64,000 nucleotides of DNA, from assembly GCA_964016885.1 (NCBI GenBank), contig OZ024744.1, forward strand, positions 90,582,001-90,646,000. Direction: 5' to 3'. The position numbers were made by a program, and so were the translations under genes. Shown one piece after another: positions 11,807 to 25,000 of the stretch. Position 1 is the stretch's first letter. Every line of letters starts with the position of its first letter. Origin of the DNA: Eledone cirrhosa (Eukaryota). The notes beneath the pieces were generated by a model. That model made no database searches and was not told where the DNA came from. It saw nothing but the letters and a program-made list of their open reading frames with translations.

Positions 11807-13850
11807 GTCAAGAGACGAGCGGGAGGGGTGACTTGGAGTGACAGAGTGGGAGAGAGGACGGTGGCCATGATGCAGGAGATCGTGGGGAGGGTGAAGGCCG
11901 ACGACCCAGTGCGGGGACGCTGGTATGTTCCCAAATCACAGAGCGGGACCGTATGGTGCGATGCCAGCAGCATAGCGCTGGGTGTCACGTTGGAGATAGG
12001 AGGTGTTGAGGTCAAGGATGCAGCCTGGCTTAGAAAGGACGACTGCAGCCACATCAATGTGACCGAGCTGGACGCGGTGTTGAGAGGGGTGAACCTCGCC
12101 CTGCGGTGGGGGCTGCGAACCATCGAGATACGCACCGACTCGGCTACTGTACTCGGATGGGTAAGATCAGTGCTCTCCAGTGAGAAGAGGGTGCGAACGA
12201 GAGGCGCAGCGGAGATGCTGATAAAGCGCCGCCTGGGAACGTTAGGAGAGCTTGCCACCGAGTTCGACCTGAAGCTGAGCGTAGAGTTCGTGCCCTCAGA
12301 GAAAAATAGGGCGGACATCTTAACTAGAGTGAAGAAAGCCTGGATGGAAGCGCCGGAGGAGGTAGAGGATGAGATAGCTGCCGTGTGTCGGCTGACCGAG
12401 TTAGACCTGAAGGGGTTGCATGACATGCACCACATGGGGGTGGATAGGAGCCTGTTCCTAGCCAGGAGAATTGACTCGGACGTTAGCAGACACAGTGTTC
12501 GGGGGGTGGTTAGAGGCTGCGTCCGATGTCAGTCCATTGATCCCGCTGGGTGGCTCTGGACGGCATGCAGCTATGTCAAGAGACGAGCGGGAGGGGTGAC
12601 TTGGAGTGACAGAGTGGGAGAGAGAACGGTGGCCATGATGCAGGAGATCGTGGGGAGGGTGAAGGCCGACGACTCAGTGCTGCGTCCGATGTCAGTCCAT
12701 TGATCCCGCCCCGGGTGTACATGAAACGGGAAGCCTCCCGGTGGATCGCGACTGGAAGCGATTAGTGGTGGATGTGACGCACTACCGGCAGGGAATGTAC
12801 CTCTCGATGGTCGACTGTGGACCAGGTCGAGTGGCGATATGGAGGGAGATGAGGACTGGAACGGCCGAGGAAATCGTGCGGACGTTGAGAGAGGTGTTCT
12901 TGGAGCGGGGCCCTGTGGATGAACTGCTGATGGACAACAGCGCAGCGTTCCGCTCGGAGGCACTGAGGGAGATGCTCGATGGATGGAAGGTGGACCGTTT
13001 TTTCAGAGCGGCACACAGGCCGAGCGGGAATGGAATCGTGGAGCGACACCACCGGACGATCAAGGCAATGGCGGAGCGGGGCCATATCTCACCAATGGAG
13101 GCAGTGTTCTGGTACAATATGTCCCCTTGGGTTGGACAGGTCGAGGAATCGGTGCCACACAGAGCAGTATTCAAATACGAGTGGCGGCACCCGTGCACGC
13201 CACCACAACGGCCAGTGGGGAGAGAGTGTGCATTCGTGCAGGTGGGCGAAGAAGTCTGGGTTAAGCCCCCAGATGCACGGTGCACATCTCAATGGGGAAG
13301 GGGAACGGTGACGGCCGTAAATTCAAAGAACAATGTGTCCGTGGACGGGGTACCACGTCATGTCCTGGATGTAAGAAGAATCACTGTGTCGACGGATTCC
13401 GAGGAAGAGGAAACCCAAGATGAGGTGGAAACCCAGAGCCCTGCCCCAATACTACGAAGATCGCAACGAAGTCGTAGACCACCGACCTGGACAGCAGACT
13501 TTCATATGCAGAGGGACGAGGGGAAAATTGATCCTTGAGATCAGGTGGGAGTGTGGGTATGGTGTGGCGTGCGGTGGCCAGAGGCGGGGGAGTGCTCGAC
13601 TGGAAGGGTGTGTGGCGTGCGGTGGCCGGAGGCGGGGGAGTGCTCGACCGGAAGGGGTTTTTGGCCGGAAGGATGCTCGACCGGAAGGGCCAGCAGAGGG
13701 CCTCTCTCCAGTGGTGACCAGCACACGGTGTGGACGCGAGTTTTGGGCAGCTCCCGGTGTTAAGCAGTTGGACGCACGTGGAAGAGGAGTAACCTGCAGT
13801 GGAATTTAGCGGCGCCTGTGAAAAGCGGTAAGTGAGATAGCTTTTCACCT
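11807..13850 (+). mobile_element. Second Gypsy-like LTR retrotransposon 3' part (RNase H, integrase, probable LTR from ~13553)
   Basis: RNase H WCDAS/HINVTELDA/TDS/NRADILTR, integrase H-H-C-C (HDMHH..CVRC), DNSAAF, SGNGIVERHHR, LRRSQR end, PPT aggtgggag then TGT. Confidence 0.88.
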
Positions 13851-13869
13851 AATTTCTTTAAGGACCACA

Positions 13870-15785
13870 TTTAATAAATTGAGGAACTCTGTCAAAGGCC
13901 TTTATAGATCAATAAAAGCTGAATATAACAGCTTACTTTTGGCTAGGAACATCCCTTGTAGTTACCTCACTAAAAACAGGACATTTGTAGTACTTTTCCC
14001 AGGCACGAAACCAAACTGCATCTTATCTTATTTGGCTCTTTATCTATTTAGTTGTGCTCTAGCTTTTTCCATCATTTTCATAACTTGGTCCATTAGTTTT
14101 AGTCCTTTATAGTTGCTCATTTCTAGAGCATTACCTTTGCCCTTGTAGCAACTTGTAGTGTTGCATCAGTCATTGGGTATGGCACCGTCCTGCATTACCT
14201 GGTTGACTATGCGGTTTACTAGTTTGATTCTTACTTCTCTTGATGCTTTTAGCATCCTAGCAACTATCTCTGATGGTCCCACAGCTTTATCATTTTTCTT
14301 CTTTTTGATTGCTTCTTTAATCATATAACTGTCAACTTCAATGGCTGGTCATTCTGTTGGGTACGTTTAGGGTAGTTTCTCTTCCTCCCATTTATTCTCT
14401 ACATTCATTAGTCTCTCATAGTATTATTACCAGGCTTCTTTCTTTTGAGCATTAGTGGTGTTAAATGCACCGGTGTAATTTCTAATACATTTCCCCAACA
14501 ACATCATGATTTATACCAACACATCCATATCCATATCCAGTTTTGGTCTTTAGTGTGCTGCAGTTGTCCTGGACTTCGAGGTAAGCAACACCAGGCAATG
14601 TCTCACAGCAGCTCTCCATGAATCGACATCGGCCAAGTTCCGTTTATATAAATCACTCTTCACACACTCCAACCACGTCTTCCTTCGTCTGCCGTAATCT
14701 CTAGTGACAGGGATTGCCAAGTGAGTGATGGAGTTGATGCATGATGGGGCTTGCTGTACATGTCCGTACCAACGGAAACATTGTGTGTGAAGGACAGCAG
14801 TGATCTCACCTAACACACTGCTTTGCAATACAGAACACTTTATATCTCTGATCCTCACATCTAGGGACATTTGTAAACTTTCTTTCTTCAGCCTCTCTCT
14901 GAGTTGTATATACCTGTCATCTACTGTTTCTCTTTGCTACCTGGTACCAGTCTCTACTACCCCAACTTTTCCAGTCTTTCCATGCCTATTTCTTGGCTTT
15001 AATGGCTCTATCCATTGAGCTGGTCCACCATCAGGTTACCCTCTGTCTAGCTGGTGCTCTACTCTTGTTACAAGTCTCGTCAGTAGTTTGCAAAAAGTTG
15101 TCGCACAAGAAATTCCAGTTGTCCTCTATATCATATGTATCTAGCTCGTTCATCAAATGCATCCTGAAGGACTTTTCTAAACCTATATTTAACTGAAAGG
15201 TCCTTTAGCTTCCACACCCTCTGTCTCCATTTTTTCCTGCATGTCTTATTCTGTCTTGTGTTTATTTTGACCTTAGTATTTATTACAGTCTGTTTATCTC
15301 ATTGTCTTACAAATAAGTAATCAATTTAGTTTTTGTATTTGCCTGATTGATATGACATCAGGTGGTTGGCTGGTTTCCTGAATTTTGTGTTGCAAATGGT
15401 TAGTACATTTGCGTCACAGAATTCCAGGAGCCTCAAACCCTCTTCATTTCTTGAACCATAACCATAGCCGCTGTGAACTCTAGTGCCCCAATTGTCCATT
15501 GAAGTTGCCTGCCAGGATGATGAGATCACCTTCATCAGTACCTGAAGTTGCCTGTAAAAGTTCCTTATAAAACCTGTCTTTTTATTCTTTACTCAGTCCT
15601 GCCTGTGTGGCATAAGCATATGTAATTGTCACCATTCTATTTTCTACCAATAATCTAAGCTTGATAATTCTGTCAGTTACTCTAACTATTTATATCACCT
15701 ATTCTATCCATTTCTCAGCTAGTAAGATGTCTACACCTCCTACTCCATCATCATTTCTTATCCAGTAAAGTTGTATCTATGTTAT
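13870..15785 (-). mobile_element. Decayed RTE LINE (endonuclease-RT part) with a nested (+) RTE-like 3' piece
   Basis: GYGYGSRNEEGLRLLEFC and QFGFVPGKSTT motifs, homologous to 58775-61200. Confidence 0.75.
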
Positions 15786-16139
15786 TAACATGTCCGAAAT
15801 GATTGAATACAAGAACTTTCTTCTTCAGCAAAGCCCTGATAAACTTTATCAGATTTCACTTGAAGATGAAAACCAGGGTGGAGAGGGAAATACTGCCTTT
15901 CAAGCAGTTTGTTGAAAGATGGGTCAGAGATGTGAGCGTAGCCCGAGTGAATGGGCCCACTCTGTGTGTGCATCTGTAGATTGGAAGAAGACAACTGTGA
16001 GTAGTTGCCCTAGAGATCAGGGCACCCATAGTTTTATGTTTTTTTTATGTTTTTTTTTTCTACAAGCAGTTCTTGAATGTCTCCTCCATATTGAGGCACT
16101 CCATATTGAGGCACTGGGATGAGGGGGTAAAAGCCAACC

Positions 16140-17422
16140 TTACCCAATTACACCTCTCAAAGGTGATGACACATGACCGTGACCTCTGGCGTCACGCAGT
16201 AATACAGAAGACCTGACTTCCCACGGGTACAAGCTGAAGCCAAAGCATATAGACAATAGACAATGTGCCCCCCCCCCCCCCACACACACTGCAAAGTGGT
16301 TGTGGAGGTGCCACGGCAAAAAATCACCCAGCCCACACTGTAAAGTGGACGTGTAGGTGCCACGGAAAAAAAGCACCCAGCACTCACTGTAAATGAGGTT
16401 GGTGTTAGGAAGGGCATCCAGCTGTAGAATTCAAGCCAGAATCAGTTCCTGTATGAGCAAGACAAGGTCAGCCGACTGGACACTGCCCACAACAGGACAA
16501 TCCATCTAACCCATGCTAGCGTGGAAGAACGGACGTAAAACGGTGATGATGATGATGATGATGATGATGAAATCTGTTTACACACAAAATCCATACACCA
16601 ACATGCACATACACACTCTATGTTTTCACCCTGTGCCATCCTAATGTTTTCTTAATGTTAACTCTTGTGGTAAATAAAGAAATCATTATTATTATCATGT
16701 GCGTGAATGACCAAGCATAGACAAGTTGAGAGTGAAAGTGTGAATAAGAGGGATAAGCTGTAGTGTGAGGGAGAGAAAACTGCGTTGATATGGACATGTG
16801 ATGCGCATGGAGGATGACCGCTGAGTAAAGAAGTGCCAAGAAATCCCAGTAGAATGAAAGACGTAGTAGAGGAAGACCACGAAAATCATGGATGGAGGTG
16901 GTGAGAGCTGACCTAAGATCGCTGAAGCTCACAAAAGAGATAATTGTTTCTACTTTTGACACAAGGCCAGCAATTACCCAGTACATTACTGGTACTTTAT
17001 TTTATCGACCCCGTAAGGATGAAAGGCAAAGTTAACCTCGGCGGGATTTGAACTCAGATCGTAAAGGGACGTAACTATGCTGGAAAGCATGGTGTTCGAC
17101 TCTCTACCGATACTGCCAATCCACCGCCCCTCACAAAAGAGATAATTGTTTCTACTTTAGGCACAAGGCCAGCAATTACCCAGTGCATTACTGGTACTTT
17201 ATTTTATCGACCCCGTAAGGATGAAAGGCAAAGTTAACCTCGGCGGGATTTGAACTCAGAATGGCAAGGGCCGTAACTCTATGCGTCAAAGCATGGCGTC
17301 CGACTCTCTACCGATACTGCCAATCCACCGCCTCACAAAAGAGATAATGAAGGACCGTGATGAATGGAGAGATACTGTGCTGACTAGGACCCGTCCCACC
17401 CTTGCAAACAGGGAAAAGTGGA
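16140..17422 (+). mobile_element. RTE 3' ends with two tandem SINE insertions (16946-17129, 17147-17332)
   Basis: (TGA)n tails. The SINE copies are separated by three copies of ctcacaaaagagataat. Confidence 0.85.
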
Positions 17423-17469
17423 CGTAAAATGATGATGATGATAATTATCAATATTATTCTTATTATTAC

Positions 17470-18510
17470 TTGCAGTATCAGTAGAGGGTCAGACACAATC
17501 GTTTGCAGCAAAGAGTTATGGCCCTTTTTGGACAGAGTTCACATTCCGCCGAGGTTAACTTTGCCTGTCATCCTTACGGGGTTGATAAAATAAAGTACCA
17601 GTAATGCACTGATTTAATTGCTGGCCTTGTGCCAAAAGTAGAAATAATAATTATTATTATTATTGGCAGTATCAGAAGAGTGTCAGACAATATGCTTTGC
17701 AGTATATAGTTACATCCTCTTCTGTTCTGAGTTCAAATCTCGTTGAGATTAACTTTACCTTTCATCCTTATGGGGGTCGATGAAATAAAGCACCAGTAAT
17801 GCACTGAGGTCAATTTAATCGACTTCAAATTGTTGGCCCTGTGCCCAGAGTAGAAGCAATTATTAATACTAGTACATATATTATAAATTTTCAGTACATA
17901 TTATTAAATAGGTCACCTTAACCTCACTATTACATTCTAAGGATAATGAGGACGGTGGATTGGCAGTATCGGTAGAGAGTCGGACGCCATGCTTTGACGA
18001 AAAGAGTTACGTCCCTTTACGATCTGAGTTCAAATCCCGCCGAGGTTAACTTTGCCTTTCATCCTTACGGGGTTGATAAAATAAAGTACCAGTAATGTAC
18101 TGTGTTATTTGCTGGCCTTGTGCCAAAAGTAGAAACAATTATTACATTCTTTTCTATTTTTACTATGTTTTCTTTTTTTCCTTTTTCTTTCCATGCGTCA
18201 TCTTTTAATAATTTATTTTGGCAAAGCAGCAGTTTGTCTTAGTAGAAGTACAACCAATTAAAAACCCTTTATACTAATTATTTTATATATTACTTAAGTT
18301 TAATGATTTTTATATATAATTGTTTCTACTTTTGGCACAAGGCCAGCAAATAACCCAGTACATTACTGGTACTTTATTGTATCGACCCCGTAAGGATGAA
18401 AGGTAAACTTAACCTCGGCGGGATTTGAACTCAGAATGGCAAGGGCCATAACTCAATATGTCAAAGCATGGCGTCCGACCCTCTACCGATACTGCCAATC
18501 CACCGCCCTA
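17470..18510. mobile_element. Cluster of four Meta-like SINE copies
   Basis: Conserved gaggttaactttgcctttcatccttacggggt(c/t)gataaaataaagtaccag core. Three copies on +, one on -. Confidence 0.85.
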
Positions 18511-18594
18511 TATAATGGCTTATATATAAAAGAAATGAAATGAGCTAAGGAAAAAAAAAACAACTCAAATAGGCCAATATTATATACTGAATAT

Positions 18595-18682
18595 ACGAAA
18601 GAATATTCAATTAATGGGCAATTGTTTGTATATACTGAATAGTATATACAAACAATTGCCCATTAATTGAATATTCTTTCGT
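18595..18682. repeat. Perfect palindrome: 42-bp arms, 4-nt loop
   Basis: acgaaagaatattcaattaatgggcaattgtttgtatatact-gaat followed by its exact reverse complement. Confidence 0.95.
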
Positions 18683-18722
18683 TGTTTTAAAACACAATTT
18701 ATGTAATATATATAATGAATAT

Positions 18723-19065
18723 GAAGGTACATGGCTTAGTGGTTACAGCATTGGTCTTACAATCGTGTGGTTATGAGTTTGATTCTTGGACTGGCCTTTG
18801 CATTGTATTCTTGAGCAAGACACTTTATTTCACGTTGCTCCAGTTTACTCAGCTCTAGAAATGAGTTGCAACATCACTGGTGCCAAGCTATATCAAGCAT
18901 TGCCTTTCCGATGGATATCATCGGTGGCATGAAGAGGAGAGACTGGTATGCATGAGTGACTGTTGGTCTTCCACAAACAACATTACCTGGACTTGTACCT
19001 TGGAGAGAAACTTTCTAGGTGCAAATTCCAGGGTCATTTGTGACTGAAGTGGATCTTTACCCTTA
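18723..19065 (+). mobile_element. CORE-like tRNA SINE with an alternative 3' body
   Basis: Same head as 1082-1225, then an unrelated body ending ctttacccttattt. Confidence 0.75.
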
Positions 19066-19120
19066 TTTACATATATATATATATATATATGATAAATATG
19101 AAATATTCAAAATAAACAAA

Positions 19121-21490
19121 TCATCATCATCATCATCACCGTTTTACGTCCATTCTTTCATGCTAGCATCGGTTAGATGGGTTGTCCTGTTGTGGGCAAT
19201 GCCAGGTCGGCTGACCTTGTCTTGCTCATACGGGAACTGATTTTGGCTTGATTTCTACAGCTGGATGTCCTTCCTAATGCCAACCTCATTTATAATGAGT
19301 GCTGGGTGCTTTTTTTCCGTGACGCCTCCACGACCACTTTGCAGTGGGAGGGTGTGGGGTAATATTGTCTATATGCTTCAGCTTCGGCTTGTACCCATGG
19401 GAAGTTGGGTCTTCTGTATTACTGTGTGATGCCAGAGGTTATTGTCCTGTGTCATCATCTTTGAGAGGTGAAATTGGGCAAGATCAGCTTTTATCACCTC
19501 ATCCCAGGTCTTCTTGGGTCTCCCCACTCCAAGGCTTCCATCCACTTTTAGTGCTCTGCACCGTTTTATGCAGCTGTCATCCTTCATATGCATCACATGT
19601 CCATACCAATGAAACCTCCTCTCCTGCACACAGCATTTGATTCCTCTTATGCTTAGTGTCTCTCTCAATTGATTTATGCTTTGCCGTTTGCGTATATTAC
19701 TATTACACATCCATCAGAGCATGCAAGCTTTGTTTCTTTCTAATCTACGTAAGTCTTCTACGCATAGCGCCCAGGTCTCACTACCATGTAACATTGGTGT
19801 TTGTATGCACGCATCATAAAGTCTGCCTTTCATTTTGAGGAAAAAGCCTTTCACAGCAGCAGTGGCTCCTTGAACTTCTTCCATCCCATTCTTATCCTGA
19901 CTACTGTACTTTCAGAACACCCACCTCTGCTGCTAATTCGGTCAACAAGGAAGCAGAAACTATCTACTGTTTCTACAGAGCTCTTCCAGACTTTGGTTCC
20001 TGTGGCTCTTTGCTCTCACTGTCCTGGTGCAACTGTTACATGTAAAGCCTACCTTCTTAACTAAGCTTCCTGAAATCCCACTACATCCCTTGTGTACCCA
20101 TAGTCTGCATTTGGGGCAGAGGATGGAATTCCTACCTACACCTTTCCTACTTACTGAGCAAGGCAAAATCAATAGAAAGCAATCAAAGAAAAAGAAAGTA
20201 TGAGAGACGACTGAAAAGTTTTGAGCCTCCTAGAAATAGTAGCATATACAAATATTTTCTTATTTTATTTTTTAACATAGTTTAAGTCCGTGTGCAAGGG
20301 AAAGCGTATTACTGCATAATGCCAAAGGTCTCGATCCAGTGACATTGTCTTAGAGAGGTGCAAGTGTGAAACGTCATATTTTATCGTGTCGTCCCACTCC
20401 ATAGCTTCCATCAATTTTGATCGCTCTGCACTTTTTTTTTATACAGCTCTCATCTTTCCTGCACATCACATGACCATACCAAAATAATCTCCTCTCAAGT
20501 AAACCGTATCTGATCTCTTATGCATAAATTCTCACTTAGTTCTTTTACACTTTGCCGTTTGTGTATATTACTATTATACATCCAATGGAGCATCCATGCT
20601 TCGTTACTTTCCAATCTGTGCCAGTCCTCTGCACACAATGTCCAGGTCTCACTAACCTGTCACATTACTGTTCATGTACAAGCATCATACAATCTGCCTT
20701 TCATTTTTAGAGAGAAATCTTTTGTGGCCAACAGCAGTATTAGCTCTCTGAACTTTATCCATCCTATTCTTACTCTGGCTACTGTATTTTCAGAACACCC
20801 TCATGTATATATATATATACATTTGGGAAGGAGTGTATTTTTATAGGAACCTCATCATCATCATCGTTTAACGTCCATCTTCCACGCTTGCATTGGTTTG
20901 GACGGGAATTTTCCCACTTGAGGCAAGATTGGTTGTCTTGCTCGTATAGGACTGTCTGGCGGGTTTTCTACGGCTGGATTCCCTTCCTAACACCAACCAC
21001 GTTTACAGTGTGTACTGGGAGGTTTTTACCGTGTTATCTACACTGCCACATTACAGCGTGGACTGTGTGTTTTTTTATCGTGACACCTACACGACCTCAT
21101 TTATTTCGGACTGGATGTTGTGGCACCAACATAACTTTACATCGAAAGGGGTGGTGAGGATGGGGTGAGGGTAGTGCGACAGGGGTGTATTTTTGTTAAG
21201 AGGTGCCTACTGACTGTAGTAGGTTTCACTTTGTACTTAGGCAAGGCGGGTCTTCTCTATTACTGTGTAGCGCCAAAGATCTCGGTCCAGTGACATTGTC
21301 TTGTAAGTGTGTGAGGTCGGAATTTATCAAGTCGTCCCAGGTTTTTCTGGGTCTGCCTACTCCGTGGCTACCATCTATTTTTATCGCCCTGCACTTTTTT
21401 ATACAGCTGTCGTCTTTCATGCGCATCACGTGACTATACCAACGTAGTCTTCTCTCGAGTAAACAACATCTGATCTCTCTTATTCCTAAT
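19121..21490 (-). mobile_element. Three stacked RTE LINE 3' fragments
   Basis: CSVSRKGVGRNSILCPKC, GRP(K/R)KTW motifs, (TGA)n tails. Confidence 0.85.
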
Positions 21491-22009
21491 ATATTCCCAT
21501 ATTTAACATTAATACTGTATAGTGTCTAAGTGGGTATATGTATAATTGTATATATTTTGTTATGTGCAGACATACAATTCTAGATTTATGGGTCTATAGG
21601 GGCATGTATGTATATATGCATGAAGGCTTGTGTATGTGTCTAGATATGACCGTATATGTGTATATTTAATAATAAATGTTTCTACCTTTGGAACAAGGCC
21701 AGCAATTATCCCAGTGCATTACTGGTACTTTATTTTATCTACTCTGTAAAGATGAAAGGCAAAGTTAACCTCGGTGGGATTTGAACTCAGAACGCAAAGG
21801 GCCGTAACTCTATGCTACAAAGCATGGTCTCCGACCCTCCACCAATTCTGCCAATTCGATGCCTTTATATTTAATAATAATAATAATTGTTTCTACTTTA
21901 GGCACAAGGCCAGCAATTACCCAGTGCATTACTGGTACTTTATTTTATCGACCCCGTAAGGATGAAAAGCAAAGTCAACCTCGGCGGGATTTGAACTCAG
22001 ATCGTAAAG

Positions 22010-25000
22010 GACAATACAGGACGGTACAAATGGGCATTTCTGCGTGTAAAAAAAACAGAGGATGTAATAAAAGTAACAATGAAAAATTCCCCAATAGGGG
22101 GGAGACTTCCGAGGGACATTCGTGGAGAAAGCCTATTAAAAGACCACAGTGACCCTGACCACCAGGGCAAGTCCTCTCTCCCAGTTTCCACCTTTAATTT
22201 ACAGACACATACTCAGAGTAGGCTCATTCACTCGGGCCATACTTGCCTCTCTCACCCATCTTTCAACAAAATGCTGGGAAGAGAGCACTTCCCTCTCTAC
22301 TCTGATTTTCCTTTTCAAATGAAATTTGAAAAAGTTAATCAGGGCATCACCGAAGAGGTAAGTGCTCGTCTTCAGCATACTATCTCTTTCGCCATACTAT
22401 CTCTTTATGTCCACCATACTATCTCTTTCGCCATGGCCACCAGACAGATAAAAACTGCCTGCCCTTCCCAGCTAAAGGAAGAGGGCGGGGCAATCCTCAC
22501 GATGGACTCAGCTGATAGCTGGATCCGTCCTACACGCGCATCTCAGACATGCCCGGCTGACGGCACCTCCATGCCTGTAGAGTTTATCCCGAACTGGCAG
22601 AGCTCCTCGGTAGCACTGCCAGGCCAGGGATTTATGGAAGTTGTCCATAGGCCCCGGCCCGAAAGTACTTCCGAAGAGATTGGCTAGTTGATTTTCGTCG
22701 ACGCCTAGAGTTTCTCCAAGTACGTCGTCGCTCTTCCCCTCCACTAATCCCCTATAGAACGCCAAGGTGGAGTTTCCACTGATCACATTGCCCGATTGGT
22801 CGAGGGCTGTGAGCGCCTGAAGACATTCCAGTCTCCAAGCGCTCCCTCTCGGTCTTTGCTTGACCCAGGAAGCAGCTCCGTCAAGGAGACGAGCTGGGGA
22901 AAGACGGGTCTAGCAAACGGCGACCACACCTGATCACAGTCGAGGAAGAGGTGGAGTTGTCGTAGCCTGAGCGCGTGTCTGCGCATCATCAGCCACGGCA
23001 TGCCCAGCCCTCCATGTAGCGGGTGTTGACAGCAGATGGACCACCTGACCATCGGAGCGGGTCTCTTCCACAAAAAGCGAAAGAGCAAATGCTCCAGTGC
23101 AGTCAGGCGGGGCTTAAAACAAGGTACGATGGTCAGGCGGTAGTAGATGACTGACGCGATGTACGCGTTAGCCGCCCTCCGACGATGCTGTTGGACGGCA
23201 TGGACCTGCCTCTCCAGGTGCCGAGCTGCAGGCCAACTGACTTTTCCTGGTTGATCATTGCTCCTGTCACCGCTTCGTATTCTCTTAGTGTAGTGCCGAT
23301 CGCCTTGATGTGTTTGGCGTTCGACAACACTACGGTGACATCGTCCGCATATGCTGACACGGATCTTCTGCATCCTAGTTCGCGCGGGACGCCCCTCAAC
23401 GTCTTCAGTTTGTGCAGTAATGGCTCGAGAGTCAATACGTACAAGAGGGACGAGAGGGGACATCCTTGGCGGACCGAGCACATGATGTTGAACGGTTCCG
23501 AAAGGTGACCGTTCACTCTCACCACAGAACAGATGTCGCTGTACATGGCAGCGATCCAGCCTCTGAAGATGGGCCCAAAGCCAGCCGCCCTCAGGACTGC
23601 TGCTAGGTAGTGATGGTCGGCCCTATGGAATGTTTTCTACTGATCTAAATTGATCAAGGACCCACCCGTGCCAGGTTCCCTAGCTATCCTCTCTACGATG
23701 TATCGCATGAGGTGGAGGTTGTCGTGGATGGATCTGTCGGGAATGGCGCATGTCTGCGCCTCTCCCACCAGACTACCAACGACAAGTGCCAACCTCTTTG
23801 CTAGCACCTTGGCCAAAATCTTGAACTCTGTGTTTAGCAGAGTTATGGGCCTGAAATTATCTATATTATCCCCCTTGTTTGGATCCTTTCTCAGCAGCGC
23901 CACCGCTCCTCGGCTCACAGAGCTGGGAATACTCCCATTCTGTTGCCAGTTGCAGTAGACGTCCGCCAAGAGGCCTCCGAACAAGTCTGGCATCTGTACG
24001 TAAAGTTCATAGGGCAGACCATCCAAACCAGGCGATTTACCCCTTGTGCAGCCAGTCATTGCCTCCCTTACTTCAGCGGCTGTTATCGGCTTTTCGCAAC
24101 ACTCCACCTCAGTGGCCGAGAGCCGCGGCAGTCCGTCGAGGTAGACGCTAAAGTCCATCCCTCGATCCGGCCCGCCGCTGCCCCCGAACAGCTGTGCGAA
24201 GTGTCGCTGAAAAGCTTCACACATTTGCCCGGGATCGAGTAGCATGCGCCCGTCGTGGTCCACCAAAGACCGGATCGTGACTTTGTTGCCACGACGCGCC
24301 TCCGCCACTCGGGCCCATTGAACGGCTTTCGTCCCCTCGTGTCTGAGAGCACGCACCCTAGCTCTGACAACGCAGCCTTCGTGCTTTGCATTGAAGAATT
24401 GGTCAAGGGCTAATTTCGCCGCAAGTACGTCGGTCGCAATGCCTTTGTTAAGCGCCTCGTCTAATTTTCTAACTAATTCTCCCTCTGCTCTATTTTTCTC
24501 TATTGCTAAAGCCTTACTAAACCTAATGGACTCTATTCTAATTGCTCTTTTCAGAGCAAACCACCACTTGTTGTTGACGATGGCCCTCGTCAACGCTCGC
24601 TTAACTAGTTCGCTAATCCGCTCTCTGTAGGCCTTGCGCGCTGGTAAGGACGCGTTTAGCTTCCAGTAGCCGGGTCCTCGTCTATGAAGCCTATCTAAGT
24701 CAAGCACACAGATCACGAATTTGTGGTCCGTGTAGCTGACTATCTTTAATTGTGGACAGCCTATGCTAGACCTATCTATTTCCCTACAAAATACTCTATC
24801 TAGATATGATCTGGATGACCCTATGCGATTTGTCCAAGTCCACATTGGCACATTCGGGAAATCCAATCGGTACCTGTCAGACAGTTCAAAACGCCTGAGC
24901 AGGTTGGTGAGACTCTTGCACCCTCCTCCCCTATCCACTAATCCCACACAGTCCCAGCGTGCATCTAAGATCCCGTTCCAGTCGCCCACTAACACTAAAG

